This document shows, one piece after another, positions 9,795 to 19,561 of a stretch of DNA of 64,000 nt. Each line of letters starts with the position of its first letter. Position 1 is the stretch's first letter. Under the pieces are notes generated by a model. The model was not told the DNA's origin. It was given only the letters and a program-made list of their open reading frames with translations, and made no database searches. Position numbers and translations under genes: made by a program. Source of the DNA: Saprospiraceae bacterium (lineage in GTDB: Bacteria; Bacteroidota; Bacteroidia; Chitinophagales; Saprospiraceae); the NCBI GenBank assembly GCA_013360405.1, contig JABWBR010000029.1, positions 16,368-80,367 on the forward strand, given 5' to 3'.

Positions 9795-11189
9795 ATGAGC
9801 TACGCACAGCACGACCTGGAAGATACCATTGTAGCATTGGCCACACCGCCCGGCGTTGGCGCCATCGGCGTCATCCGCTTGTCGGGGCCGGCCGCGGTCG
9901 ACATCGTCGACGGCGTATTCAGGGGTAAAAACCTGAAAAAACAACCCGGGCATACCATCCATTTCGGAACTATCCACGACGAACAGGATCACCTGCTGGA
10001 TGAAGTACTCGTGTCGCTTTTCCTCGCCCCGCGCTCGTACACCGGCGAAGACGTGGTGGAAGTCTCCTGCCACGGTTCGCACTACATCCTGCAGTCGGTC
10101 ATCCGCTTATTTATCCGAAAAGGCGCCCGCCTGGCACAGCCTGGCGAATTTACCATGCGGGCTTTCCTGCGCGGCCGCATGGACCTCTCGCAGGCCGAAG
10201 CCGTAGCCGATCTCATCGCGGCCTCCTCGCAGGCGGCGCATCAGGTAGCCATCCACCAAATGAAAGGCGGCATCTCCAACGAGATAAAAAAGTTGCGACA
10301 GGAACTCATCGACTTCGCCGGCCTCATCGAACTCGAACTCGACTTCGGAGAAGAAGACGTCGAATTTGCCAACCGGGTACAACTGCGCGGACTGGTAGAC
10401 AAACTGCTGCGTCTCATCCACGCCCTGCGCGACTCCTTCCAACTCGGCAACGCCATCAAGGAAGGCGTGAGCACCGTCATCGCCGGTAGGCCCAACGCCG
10501 GCAAAAGCACCCTGCTCAACGCCCTGCTCAACGAAGAGCGCGCCATCGTAAGCGAAATACCCGGCACCACCCGCGACACTATCGAGGAGGTACTCAACAT
10601 CGAGGGCATCCAGTTCAGGCTCATCGACACCGCGGGCATCCGCGAGGCCTCCGACGCCATCGAGGCTATCGGCGTGCAGAAAACCCTGGAAAAAATCAGG
10701 CAATCGGCCGTGCTGGTCTACGTCTTCGATGTCATCGGCACTCAGCCAGAGGATTTGCGTGCCGACCTCGCCCAGCTCGTCCACGAGGATGTGCGCCTGC
10801 TCGTGGTAGCCAACAAAATGGACCTCAACCCCTACACCACCTACGAACACTACGCCAACGAATACATGAGCACTGAACAGTGGGTTCCCCTATCGGCCGT
10901 CAACCGCATGAACATCGCCCTGCTCAAAGAAAAACTCTTCCACACCGTCGCCGCCGGCGACACCTCCCTCGACGCCGCCATCGTGAGCAACGCCCGCCAC
11001 TACGAAGCCCTGGAAAAAGCCGGCGCCAGCCTGCAATCCGTGCTCGCCGGCCTCGATAGCGCCGTCACCACCGACTTCATCGCCATGGACATTCGCCACG
11101 CCCTGGCCTACCTCGGCGAGATCACCGGCGAGATCACTACAGAAGATTTGCTGGGGAATATATTTTCGCGGTTTTGTATCGGGAAATAG
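9795..11189 (+). CDS. mnmE: tRNA modification GTPase MnmE
   Basis: DTIVALATPPGVGAIGVIRLSG. G-domain motifs GRPNAGKSTLLN and DTAGIR. C-terminal FCIGK. The ATG at 9795 is preferred over the TTG at 9789. Confidence 0.95.
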   Translation: MSYAQHDLEDTIVALATPPGVGAIGVIRLSGPAAVDIVDGVFRGKNLKKQPGHTIHFGTIHDEQDHLLDEVLVSLFLAPRSYTGEDVVEVSCHGSHYILQSVIRLFIRKGARLAQPGEFTMRAFLRGRMDLSQAEAVADLIAASSQAAHQVAIHQMKGGISNEIKKLRQELIDFAGLIELELDFGEEDVEFANRVQLRGLVDKLLRLIHALRDSFQLGNAIKEGVSTVIAGRPNAGKSTLLNALLNEERAIVSEIPGTTRDTIEEVLNIEGIQFRLIDTAGIREASDAIEAIGVQKTLEKIRQSAVLVYVFDVIGTQPEDLRADLAQLVHEDVRLLVVANKMDLNPYTTYEHYANEYMSTEQWVPLSAVNRMNIALLKEKLFHTVAAGDTSLDAAIVSNARHYEALEKAGASLQSVLAGLDSAVTTDFIAMDIRHALAYLGEITGEITTEDLLGNIFSRFCIGK

Positions 11190-11244
11190 TTTTATTTACA
11201 AACATTTTGTATCTTTACTGTAAATAAACAACCCCTTTATCCTT

Positions 11245-12111
11245 ATGAAAAAAGAACTCATCCACGAACTTTTCCGGCAATTTGAAGACGCCTGCTATCG
11301 CTTTGAAGGTACCGAATGCTGGAGCGCCCGCGAACTGCAGGCGATATTAGGCTATACCAAATGGGATAATTTCCTTAATGCCATCGAGAAGGCTAAAACA
11401 GCTTGTGAAGGAGCAGGAGAAAAAATTCAAAACCATTTTGCTGACGTCGGGAAAATGGTCGAAATCGGTAGCGGGACTCAACGCCGCATCGACGACCTCG
11501 CACTCACCCGCTATGCTTGCTACCTGATAGCCCAAAACGGAGACCCTACCAAAAAGCCTGAAATCGCATTCGCCCAAACCTATTTTGCCGTACAAACGCG
11601 AAAACAGGAACTTATCGAGCAACGCCTGCTCGATCGCGACCGTGTTAGTGCGCGCGAAAAATTGTCCAAAACCGAAAACAAACTATCCGGTATCATTTAT
11701 GAAAGAGGAGTAGATGAAACCGGGTTCGCCATCATTCGATCAGAAGGTGACAAAGCCTTATTTGGTGGGCGTTCCACGCAAGACATGAAACAAAAGTTGG
11801 ACGTGCCCGCCGGCCGGCCGCTTGCTGATTTTTTACCAACCCTTACTATCAAAGCCAAAGATTTTGCTGCCGAACTCACTAACCACAACGTCGTGGATAA
11901 AGACCTTCGCGGACAGCCCGATATCCAACGCGAGCATGTGGATAACAACCTCGCTGTGCGCAAAATACTACAAGAGCGCGGTGTCAGACCAGAACAATTA
12001 CCTGCCGCAGAAGACGTGAAAAAAGTGGAGCGACGCCTAAAATCTGAAGAAAAGAAGGCACTGGAGAACCCTGATAAAATCAAAACTCCGCCATCGGGTT
12101 CAGAAGAATAG
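11245..12111 (+). CDS. dinD: DNA damage-inducible protein D (DinD) family protein
   Basis: 288 aa. ECWSARELQAILGYTKWDNFLNAIEKAK...HFADVGKMVEIGSGTQRRIDDLALTRYACYLIAQNGDP matches the DinD/BRO-type N-terminal region as I recall it. Confidence 0.75.
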   Translation: MKKELIHELFRQFEDACYRFEGTECWSARELQAILGYTKWDNFLNAIEKAKTACEGAGEKIQNHFADVGKMVEIGSGTQRRIDDLALTRYACYLIAQNGDPTKKPEIAFAQTYFAVQTRKQELIEQRLLDRDRVSAREKLSKTENKLSGIIYERGVDETGFAIIRSEGDKALFGGRSTQDMKQKLDVPAGRPLADFLPTLTIKAKDFAAELTNHNVVDKDLRGQPDIQREHVDNNLAVRKILQERGVRPEQLPAAEDVKKVERRLKSEEKKALENPDKIKTPPSGSEE

Positions 12112-12183
12112 GCAGTAGGAAGTAGGCAGGTATATACTTCGTCCAAAATATGACGCCCCAGTGTTTTCGACGCTATCCGCCAT

Positions 12184-13617
12184 CTACATCGGCGCAAAGT
12201 ATATTTTTTCTACAGCTACCAATTTGTCCCCCTGCATAATTTGAATTAAATAAATACCAGAAGGCAAATTATCCCGGTACAGGATATGAGTCCGACCTGA
12301 AAAAAAAGTCTTTTTTACCAACTGACCCTGCGCGTTATAGATGGATACCATCGCATGATCCAATTCAAATTGCGCTTCAATAGTAGCAGCGTCTTGGAGC
12401 GGATTCGGAAAAATGGAAATCGAAGGTTGCGCTGTCCGCTCTTGCGTGCCGACGGCAACCGGATTGTAGGTGAGTATTTTTACGCCGGTCCAGTTGGAGG
12501 CAAATGGAATGCCAAAGGTGCAGATATAGGAAAGGTATAGCTGGTTTTGCCACAACCCTATTCCCCAGGTGCCGATATTATTGGAAACCCCGCCATACAT
12601 CGAACAAGAATCGGGTTGCGACGGATCCGACATGTCGAGCGCCAACATATCGCTTTTGCCCGTAGCTAAAAACAGTTTTTTGCCGTTTTTGTCGTACTGA
12701 ATCTCGTTGGTATGCACGGGACTTGTATACCAATTATTATTGGGACAATTGTAAGGATTCCACCACCCGTGCAGCGCAATATTCGCCGTATCGGCGATAT
12801 TCAAAACTTCTACGCCGCAATAATCAACGGCGACGTACAACAGCGAGTCGTCTAACACAAGATTATTATAAGCACGGGGAAGGTTAAAAGGTTGGTACAT
12901 AATGGGATTGACGTACCTGCCCGTCTCCGCGGGATGTAGTTTATCGGTACAATTGATAATGCGCACACCTCCTGCATCATAGCACAAATAAACGAGGTCG
13001 TTTTTTACTTCCATGCCGCGGGCATTGTAAAAATTGGGATTGGGATCAGCCACCGGATAATCGATATCCGGAATAAATTGGGAAACAAATTGGATATTAT
13101 TGACATCAGAAATATCAAAAATAAATAACCCGCTTTTCATAGCGCCCAAGTAAGCATAATTGCCCTCTGCCTTTACCACGCCGGCGCCGCTCGCAGTGCC
13201 GGGGGCCGTGTAGCGATCCGTCACCGCGGGCATTTCCGGATTGGAAATATTCACAATTGCAATCCCTGCAGCCGAACCGCTATTGGCGAAATGATTGCCC
13301 AACGCAAGTAATAGATAGTCTCCATGCTGGTAGAGGTTCATCACTTCCAGGTTACCCAGCGAAGCAACCGGTACGGTGGCAACCGGCGTCGGTGTATTAA
13401 TATTTGAAATATCGTATATGGTCAAGCCGGCTTCTTTATTGGCTACGTATAAATACGGCAGGTTGTTTTGGTCGTGGATCATGGTCATTGCCATGTTACC
13501 GCAGGTCGATACGATGTCCGCCTGGTGCTGGATGTTTAAGTCGTTGCAGGGCTGCGATAGTGTTTTTGGCGAATACAATATTACAGCAGGCAATAGCCAT
13601 AGTATGGTCTTTTTCAT
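12184..13617 (-). CDS. Secreted LVIVD-repeat beta-propeller protein with T9SS C-terminal domain
   Basis: Signal peptide MKKTILWLLPAVILYSPKTLSQ. Repeated YLYVANKEAGLTIYDISN / AYLGAMKSGLFIFDISD / LVYLCYDAGGVRIINCTD / LLYVAVDYCGVEVLNIAD. The CTD is ISIFPNPLQDAATIE...GIYLIQIMQGDKLV. Confidence 0.7.
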   Translation of the reverse strand: MKKTILWLLPAVILYSPKTLSQPCNDLNIQHQADIVSTCGNMAMTMIHDQNNLPYLYVANKEAGLTIYDISNINTPTPVATVPVASLGNLEVMNLYQHGDYLLLALGNHFANSGSAAGIAIVNISNPEMPAVTDRYTAPGTASGAGVVKAEGNYAYLGAMKSGLFIFDISDVNNIQFVSQFIPDIDYPVADPNPNFYNARGMEVKNDLVYLCYDAGGVRIINCTDKLHPAETGRYVNPIMYQPFNLPRAYNNLVLDDSLLYVAVDYCGVEVLNIADTANIALHGWWNPYNCPNNNWYTSPVHTNEIQYDKNGKKLFLATGKSDMLALDMSDPSQPDSCSMYGGVSNNIGTWGIGLWQNQLYLSYICTFGIPFASNWTGVKILTYNPVAVGTQERTAQPSISIFPNPLQDAATIEAQFELDHAMVSIYNAQGQLVKKTFFSGRTHILYRDNLPSGIYLIQIMQGDKLVAVEKIYFAPM

Positions 13618-13721
13618 GGCTTGATTTTTATGGTGACTTGGTTACAAATTACGGTTATAGCGATTGTGTGGTACAAATTATTGCAAATCAAATAAATAAT
13701 AGTATTTTGATCCATTCCTGT

Positions 13722-14888
13722 CTATTGCATAGCAATCCCCGCCGCCTGGTCCCACGGCAAAATTCGTAGGTCAGTTCGTGGTTGCGCAGTATCGCCTCCA
13801 TAAACCAAAAAGAGCTCGACTTGTTGGGCGCCAGCCAGATTTTGGAAAGCATAAAGGTTTTTGGTAAAGCTTGGGTTGATGGTTTTTCCTGCTTTTATTT
13901 CAACGGCTTTTAATTTAGCGCCTTCTTCCATTAGCAGGTCAATTTCCCGCATGTTGCTGTCGCGCCAAAAATAGAAAGCAGGTGTCCCCGCCGAATGAAG
14001 GGTTTGCTTGAGCAGTTCGGTAATGACCATATTCTCAAATAAAGCGCCTTTGGCAAAATGGGCGTTTAATTGGTCTGTTGTACTGATATTCAATAGCGAA
14101 CATGCTAAGCCGGTGTCGAAAAAATACAACTTGGGTGATTTTACAATGCGCTTGTCAAAGTTTCTATGGTATGGCGACAGCAAAAAGACAATATAGCTGG
14201 CCTCCAAAATGCCGAGCCAGGATTTAACGGTCTTGGAATCAATCCCCAACACGTTTCCCAACTCCAGAAAATTGACGATCTGTCCCGCCCGGCCTGCGCA
14301 GGCTGTCAGAAACTGGCGAAACAAGCGCAGATCAGTCACATTTACGATTTGTCGCACGTCGCGCTCTACATAGGTACGTATATAGGCGGGGTAAAAATCG
14401 GTGGGGAGGATGTTCTTGTCATAGATGCGCGGATAACCGCCTGTCAAAATGTATTCCTCTGGCGAATCGGGCGACAAACCGGCGTTTTGCAATTCTGTCA
14501 GTGAAAAAGGGAGCAATTGAAGTAAAGCTACCCGACCGGCAAGCGACTGTGCTATTTTTTCAAGTAGCAGAAACTGCTGCGAGCCGGTCAAAATATACTC
14601 GCCTGTTTTACCGCGTTGGTCTGTATAGTGTTTTAGATAGGGGAATAAAGTGGGCACGTACTGTACTTCATCCAAAATGACACCCCCCTGATGGGCCGTT
14701 AAAAATCCATGCGGATCGTTTCTTGCAAAATCGCTGTTTTCATCAAGTTCAAGGTTGACGTATTTATAATCGGGCCTGAGCCGTTGAGCCAGTGTCGTTT
14801 TTCCCGATTGCCGGGGACCGGTGAGGGCCAGCAATGGGTATTTTCCTAAAAGTTCGTTTGCTTTGGATTCAAGTTGGCGGGATATCAT
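13722..14888 (-). CDS. AAA-family ATPase with DUF4143-type C-terminal domain
   Basis: Walker A LALTGPRQSGKTTL and Walker B GGVILDEVQ. The C-terminal half resembles a DUF4143/restriction-fold-like domain (FENMVITELLK). Confidence 0.8.
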   Translation of the reverse strand: MISRQLESKANELLGKYPLLALTGPRQSGKTTLAQRLRPDYKYVNLELDENSDFARNDPHGFLTAHQGGVILDEVQYVPTLFPYLKHYTDQRGKTGEYILTGSQQFLLLEKIAQSLAGRVALLQLLPFSLTELQNAGLSPDSPEEYILTGGYPRIYDKNILPTDFYPAYIRTYVERDVRQIVNVTDLRLFRQFLTACAGRAGQIVNFLELGNVLGIDSKTVKSWLGILEASYIVFLLSPYHRNFDKRIVKSPKLYFFDTGLACSLLNISTTDQLNAHFAKGALFENMVITELLKQTLHSAGTPAFYFWRDSNMREIDLLMEEGAKLKAVEIKAGKTINPSFTKNLYAFQNLAGAQQVELFLVYGGDTAQPRTDLRILPWDQAAGIAMQ

Positions 14889-14909
14889 CGCAGCTATTTT
14901 TATACAAAT

Positions 14910-16250
14910 TTATGTATTTTTGGAATTCGATTCCGAAATTACATAAATTTTCGCCCTCCTATCCATCTTCCGCCAATAATGCCGGTAAACAGGCGGCGCT
15001 TTGCGGGCAATCGGCAGCCCGCCTACAGCCTCCGTCCACTCGGCTATTAATTGGCGGTGGCGCTCAAAGCAAGCGACTGAAAGCGCCGCCAGTTCACCGC
15101 TATCTGCCGACGCCGCTTTTTGAAGACATTCCGCCTGAAAGGCTTTCCGCTCGGGTTCAAAAACAGCTTTTCTGTCGGCAAAATCTTGTAAAACCTCCCG
15201 GTATAGCCGCTCGTGCCGCCACCAGAAGGAATCCGGATGGTAGGTGGAAGCCGCAGGCCCCAAATCCAAAGCCGGCGGTGGAAAAGTAACCGGTTTGAAT
15301 ACGCTCAGACAAGGAGAAGAAGTGGCGGTAAACCAATACTGAGAAGCCCCCGGGCGGAGTTCACACGCCATGGAGCCGGTGGTTTGCGTGGCATTGCGGG
15401 TCACGAAATTGCCGGCATGGGCGCAGATGGAGTTGCCCAGCAACGGCCGATCGGGCCGGTAGGGCTCATTGGGATGCGAGCGCAGCAGTTCCATAGCCTG
15501 GGGCAAATTCATAGATGAATGGTTCCGCAAAAAGCAATCGGATTGAAAACGCCGCTGCCGCTGGGCGGAAAAGGTGGTGTACAACCAGTCGGCGTAGCAA
15601 TCCGCAAAATCGAAATCTTTTCCTTTTTTGAGCAGGCCTTCCCGGCGGGCGTGGGCAATCGCGTCCGGGTGGATCAGGTTGTATTCCGCGCCGATGGTCA
15701 GACCGTTGCTGATGGCGTAGCTGGTTTTTACCTGCTTCGCAACCCAAAGATGGTCGGCGGTTTCCAGTACCCAGGCTTCCTGTGTGTCGGCCAGGATGTA
15801 GCTGTTGTGGTAGGCCATCGAGCGGTCGTACAACCCGCAGATGCCGCCTTGCCCGAAGTCGGCGAGCAGCCCGGTGATGACTTCCAGTCCTTGCCGGGCC
15901 GTCGTTGCCCGTTCCAGGGCCAGCCGCAGCAAGTCCATGCCGGTGAGGCCGCCTTTTTTGCGGATAGGCATGCGGGTCCAGACGGCTTCGTTGCCGATGG
16001 CCAGACCGTGCTCGTTGACGCCAAATTCGGCGCCCCACATCCAAAAAGGCCGGCCAAGCCACACGGCATGAGTTTCCTTTACTTGTGGGATAGCAAGATA
16101 GGTGCACTGCAAGACGGCCCCCGGCTCGTGCTGCCTGCGCGGGTGGTATTCGAGCGCCTGCATCTCATTGGGCTCCCGGTCGCTGTTTTTGCCGAAAATG
16201 ACAGCCCCGTTTTGCGTTTTGGGTGGCAATGCCACAAAAGTATCGCACAT
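14910..16250 (-). CDS. Peptidase C69 / secernin-like Ntn hydrolase
   Basis: Start placed at MCDTFVALPPKTQNGAVIFGKNSDREPNE, with Cys2 as the presumed N-terminal nucleophile as in secernin/C69 dipeptidases. This start is 2 nt from the upstream stop at 16253. Confidence 0.65.
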   Translation of the reverse strand: MCDTFVALPPKTQNGAVIFGKNSDREPNEMQALEYHPRRQHEPGAVLQCTYLAIPQVKETHAVWLGRPFWMWGAEFGVNEHGLAIGNEAVWTRMPIRKKGGLTGMDLLRLALERATTARQGLEVITGLLADFGQGGICGLYDRSMAYHNSYILADTQEAWVLETADHLWVAKQVKTSYAISNGLTIGAEYNLIHPDAIAHARREGLLKKGKDFDFADCYADWLYTTFSAQRQRRFQSDCFLRNHSSMNLPQAMELLRSHPNEPYRPDRPLLGNSICAHAGNFVTRNATQTTGSMACELRPGASQYWFTATSSPCLSVFKPVTFPPPALDLGPAASTYHPDSFWWRHERLYREVLQDFADRKAVFEPERKAFQAECLQKAASADSGELAALSVACFERHRQLIAEWTEAVGGLPIARKAPPVYRHYWRKMDRRAKIYVISESNSKNT

Positions 16251-16252
16251 AC

Positions 16253-17197
16253 CTAGCGTTTTATGGGTCCGGGTAAAATGAAATCGTAGGGCCGGCCCAG
16301 CAATTTTTGCTTCACCCAACGGTCTATTCGCCGGGCTGCGAGAAAAAATTGCCAGATGAATTTGTCTTCCCGGTAATACCGGCGTATGGCTTTAGGCGTA
16401 ATGGCTTCGTTGTCAACTAAATACAGGTTTATTTTTTCTAAAAAAACGGGAATGAGATCCGGACGTTGTTCTTTGTACAAATTGGCCACCAGGTCGATAT
16501 ACACGTCGCGATGGCGATAATAGCGGTTCATCACATCGTCCAGAAAAAACAGCTTAATGACCGCCCGCAGCGGTCCGGGCGCGCTTTTCAGCAACAGATC
16601 GGGATTCAGGGTTTCTTTGCCCGCGCGTTTGAATAAAGGCGTACTGGTATCGATATAGACAAGCCGGTGGCCGCCCTTGGTTTCGAGCCACACCCAGTTG
16701 GACAACTGCCCGTCGATAGCCGCTTCCAGGCCGGGTTTGTTTTTTTGGTTGAAAACCTGCAAGTCGTGCAGCGCGTAGATGATGCGTTCCAGCATGTCGA
16801 GGTTTTCTTCTTCGGACTGTACGTGTATTCGCCGGTGGCACAGGTTGGCGTCGGGAAAACGCTCCTGCCCGATGTACAAGACAAAAAGCTGTTCGCGTTT
16901 TGGAATAATATGGCAATCGTGCTTCGGCAAATCCAGCCCCGCTTCAGCCAGCAATTTGCAGTATTCGTTGAAATTTCCTAGGTAGGCTTCTGCCTGCTCC
17001 AGCGATTCAAACAGGGGCAGGCGCTTAAAAACCCAGCCTTCGATATCCCTGATGGCAAAGATAGCCGATATCTCGCCGTAGCCGATCAATTGGGCCTGTG
17101 CGGGCAATTGTTCCAGTCCGCCGGCGCCGAGTTCGCGCTCAAAGGCGGTTAGTATGGCTTTTACTTCTTTCATGGGCGGTTCGTTGTTCATTGCCAT
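16253..17197 (-). CDS. Hypothetical protein, possibly a divergent protein-kinase-like fold
   Basis: 314-323 aa ORF. YGEISAIFAI, VFKRLP, DGQLSNWVW and YIDTSTP loosely resemble the glycine-loop, Lys, catalytic-loop and DFG-equivalent positions. Start uncertain (17197, 17191 or 17173). Confidence 0.5.
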   Translation of the reverse strand: MAMNNEPPMKEVKAILTAFERELGAGGLEQLPAQAQLIGYGEISAIFAIRDIEGWVFKRLPLFESLEQAEAYLGNFNEYCKLLAEAGLDLPKHDCHIIPKREQLFVLYIGQERFPDANLCHRRIHVQSEEENLDMLERIIYALHDLQVFNQKNKPGLEAAIDGQLSNWVWLETKGGHRLVYIDTSTPLFKRAGKETLNPDLLLKSAPGPLRAVIKLFFLDDVMNRYYRHRDVYIDLVANLYKEQRPDLIPVFLEKINLYLVDNEAITPKAIRRYYREDKFIWQFFLAARRIDRWVKQKLLGRPYDFILPGPIKR

Positions 17198-17258
17198 TAA
17201 ATTTTTTAAACGCAAGGTTCGCAATGGTTGCGCAAGGAACGCAATGGCAGATGATTTA

Positions 17259-17450
17259 TACTACTTTGTCACTTTAAATCAGGAATACGGCATATTACGC
17301 TCCGCTGGAGCTTGTGGGATCTTTTTATTGCCAGTTCTACCAATATTTCGGCCCTCTGGTAGAAGATTCATGAACAAAGCGCATTATAGCTCCAGCGGAG
17401 CGCAATATGTACACGAATTTTATGCAAAATTTTAAAGCGACAAAGTAGTA
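17259..17450. repeat. MITE-like element, family A copy 1 (192 bp, terminal inverted repeats)
   Basis: Left end tactactttgtcactttaaa (17259-17278) is inverted relative to the right end tttaaagcgacaaagtagta (17431-17450). The interior carries GC-clamp triloop hairpins (gctccgctggagc, gctccagcggagc). Confidence 0.75.
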
Positions 17451-17527
17451 TTAATACTGTAATAGCGTCCTTTGCGAGACCTTAGCGCACTTTGCGTTAA
17501 AATAAATCAAGTTAGGTATCTTTTTGC

Positions 17528-18799
17528 CTAACGTAATTTCGCCATTTGATCATACAAACTTTTTGCATCCGAAAGCGCGCCGGCCAATTTTACGAGCGTC
17601 TCTTCCACCTCATGCGCTTCAATAATCAGGGGCGGCAAAAACTGAACAATTCGCTTATCGTTATTGGCATATAACATCAGTAACCCGTTATCGTAAGCGG
17701 CCTTGGTGAGGATTGGGCCGGCCAATTCATCTTTCAATTCCAGTCCCATCATAAGGCCCATTTGGCGAAAGCCAGTTAAAAAACCGATGTGCTTTTGCGC
17801 TAGTATGGCCACACCGTCTCTGAACAGCCTGGCCATTTCATTGACATGCGCCAGAAAGCCCGGTTCAGATGAGATCTCCAGCACGCGTTTCATCACCAGG
17901 CAGCCCAGTTCGGCGCCGCCGAAGGTTGACACATGGATAAACGGGTCGGCATGAAAAATCGATTCGAGTCGCTGGGCAAGGACGGTAGCCGCAATAGGAT
18001 AAATCCCGCCCGAAAGCCCCTTGCCAAGAATCACCACATCGGGTATCACCCCAAAATGCTCAAAAGCCCAGAGCTTGCCCGTTCGCCCGAGTCCGCACTG
18101 CACTTCGTCCAGGATAAGCAACACACCGCGCTCATCGCACAGGCGTCGCACGGCCTGCAAATAGCCGGGAGGAGGAATGACCATGCCCAGCGTGGCGGGG
18201 ATAGTCTCCAGGATCACTGCCGCTGTATCGTCTTCAATAGCTTGCTGCAAGGTTGCTATCTCTCCAAAAGGAACCTGCTCAAAACCGGGCGCCTGGGGTC
18301 CGAAAACCTCCCTGTACTTGGCGTCGCCGGTAGCCAGCGCCAGTCCGGTATGGCCGTGGTAACCTCCCATAGCCGAGATAATCCGGGTTTTGCCGGTATA
18401 GGCCCTTGCCACCTTGATTGCCAGGTCGGCAGCTTCTCCGCCGCCTGACCCGTACACCACGTAATTCAGGTCGCCGGGCATCAGTCCGGCCAGCAAGGCG
18501 GCCGCTTCCGCCCGGGGCCGGCTGACGAGGTGGTGATTGCCGATATCCCAGCCGTCCAGCCCCCTTTTCAGCACTTCGATAAGTTCGGGATGGCGGTGGC
18601 CCAGGTTGAACACCCCGCCGTTGCAATGCAGGTTGAGCAACTGCTTGTCGCCCTCGATATCGTGAAGATAACAGCCGCCCCGCGCCCCCGGCACAAAGTC
18701 CATTTGGAAACTCTGGAAAAACCGGGCTTTCCCCGAGGAGACATGACTGGAGAAGTCCGCAAAAATTTTCGCTTTATCAATGTCCGGATGCTGTTGCAT
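17528..18799 (-). CDS. Class III pyridoxal-phosphate-dependent aminotransferase
   Basis: LLILDEVQCGLGRTGKLWAFEHFGVIPDVVILGKGLSGG contains the PLP-lysine region. Start set at M44 (18799, MQQHPDIDKAK) because the upstream 43 codons lie in a low-complexity tract. Confidence 0.85.
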   Translation of the reverse strand: MQQHPDIDKAKIFADFSSHVSSGKARFFQSFQMDFVPGARGGCYLHDIEGDKQLLNLHCNGGVFNLGHRHPELIEVLKRGLDGWDIGNHHLVSRPRAEAAALLAGLMPGDLNYVVYGSGGGEAADLAIKVARAYTGKTRIISAMGGYHGHTGLALATGDAKYREVFGPQAPGFEQVPFGEIATLQQAIEDDTAAVILETIPATLGMVIPPPGYLQAVRRLCDERGVLLILDEVQCGLGRTGKLWAFEHFGVIPDVVILGKGLSGGIYPIAATVLAQRLESIFHADPFIHVSTFGGAELGCLVMKRVLEISSEPGFLAHVNEMARLFRDGVAILAQKHIGFLTGFRQMGLMMGLELKDELAGPILTKAAYDNGLLMLYANNDKRIVQFLPPLIIEAHEVEETLVKLAGALSDAKSLYDQMAKLR

Positions 18800-18864
18800 A
18801 AAATCGGGTGGGAGTTGGTTTGCGTTGAATTGGGATAAAGATACAAAATCAATGGTACTGGGAT

Positions 18865-18912
18865 GGGGGGAATGAAGAATGGAGAATGAAGAATTAAGAA
18901 TGAAGGGGGGGG
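18865..18912. repeat. G-run-flanked word tract (gaatgaagaat variants)
   Basis: gggggg aatgaagaatggagaatgaagaattaagaatgaa gggggggg. The same word aatgaagaatgaagaat recurs at 29056-29076. Confidence 0.8.
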
Positions 18913-18988
18913 AGTTGGAAAAAATCACTGGAAAGTAACTTCTTAGCCCGCCAAGGCGTTATTTTTACCAAAGGATAACACCAATACT

Positions 18989-19549
18989 ATGCAAACCGTA
19001 CTGCATATCAATGTAAAAGACCTTGACGAAGCGTTCATCCAGGACCTGAAAAAGCAATTTGGCGCGGCAGACATAGAAATTCACATTGGACAAACGCCGC
19101 AGGATTGGCTAACGGAAGAACGCTTTTGGGCATTAATTGATCTGCTCGACTGGTCAAAAGAAGGCGACGATGATGCTATAACAGAGCCGGTTGTTCGTGC
19201 TTTGTCGGAGATGCTTATCCCCAACATCCACCAGTTTGAAGAAATCCTCGCCGAAAAACTCTGGCAATTGGACACCCGCCGCCATGCAGATGCCTCGATG
19301 CGCGAAGACCCGGACGGCCATTTTTCAGTAGATTATTTCCTTTACGATCGTTGTTGCGTAGTGGCCAACGGAAAAGCTTTTTATGAAGAAGTGCTAAATG
19401 ACCCCAACAAAATGCCCAGTGGAATATCTTTTGAACCCCTCTTGTATATTGCAGATCGGGCATTTTCACGCAAAACAGGAAAAAAATTGGTTCACATTCC
19501 TTCCCGCAGTTACGAGACTTACAGCAATGAGGCGGGGTGGAATTCCTAA
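18989..19549 (+). CDS. DUF4240 domain-containing protein
   Basis: LTEERFWALIDLLDW...FEEILAEKLWQLDT...DYFLYDRCCVVANGKAFYEEVLNDP matches my memory of DUF4240. Confidence 0.65.
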   Translation: MQTVLHINVKDLDEAFIQDLKKQFGAADIEIHIGQTPQDWLTEERFWALIDLLDWSKEGDDDAITEPVVRALSEMLIPNIHQFEEILAEKLWQLDTRRHADASMREDPDGHFSVDYFLYDRCCVVANGKAFYEEVLNDPNKMPSGISFEPLLYIADRAFSRKTGKKLVHIPSRSYETYSNEAGWNS

Positions 19550-19561
19550 CACCCCCTTTTT

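Noticed and set aside
17528-18928. Full 466-aa version of the aminotransferase ORF.
   Set aside because: The first 43 codons (MIFSNSPPFILNSSFSILHSPHPS...) are translated from the G-run/word-repeat tract and lack homology-type features. The internal ATG at 18799 was chosen.
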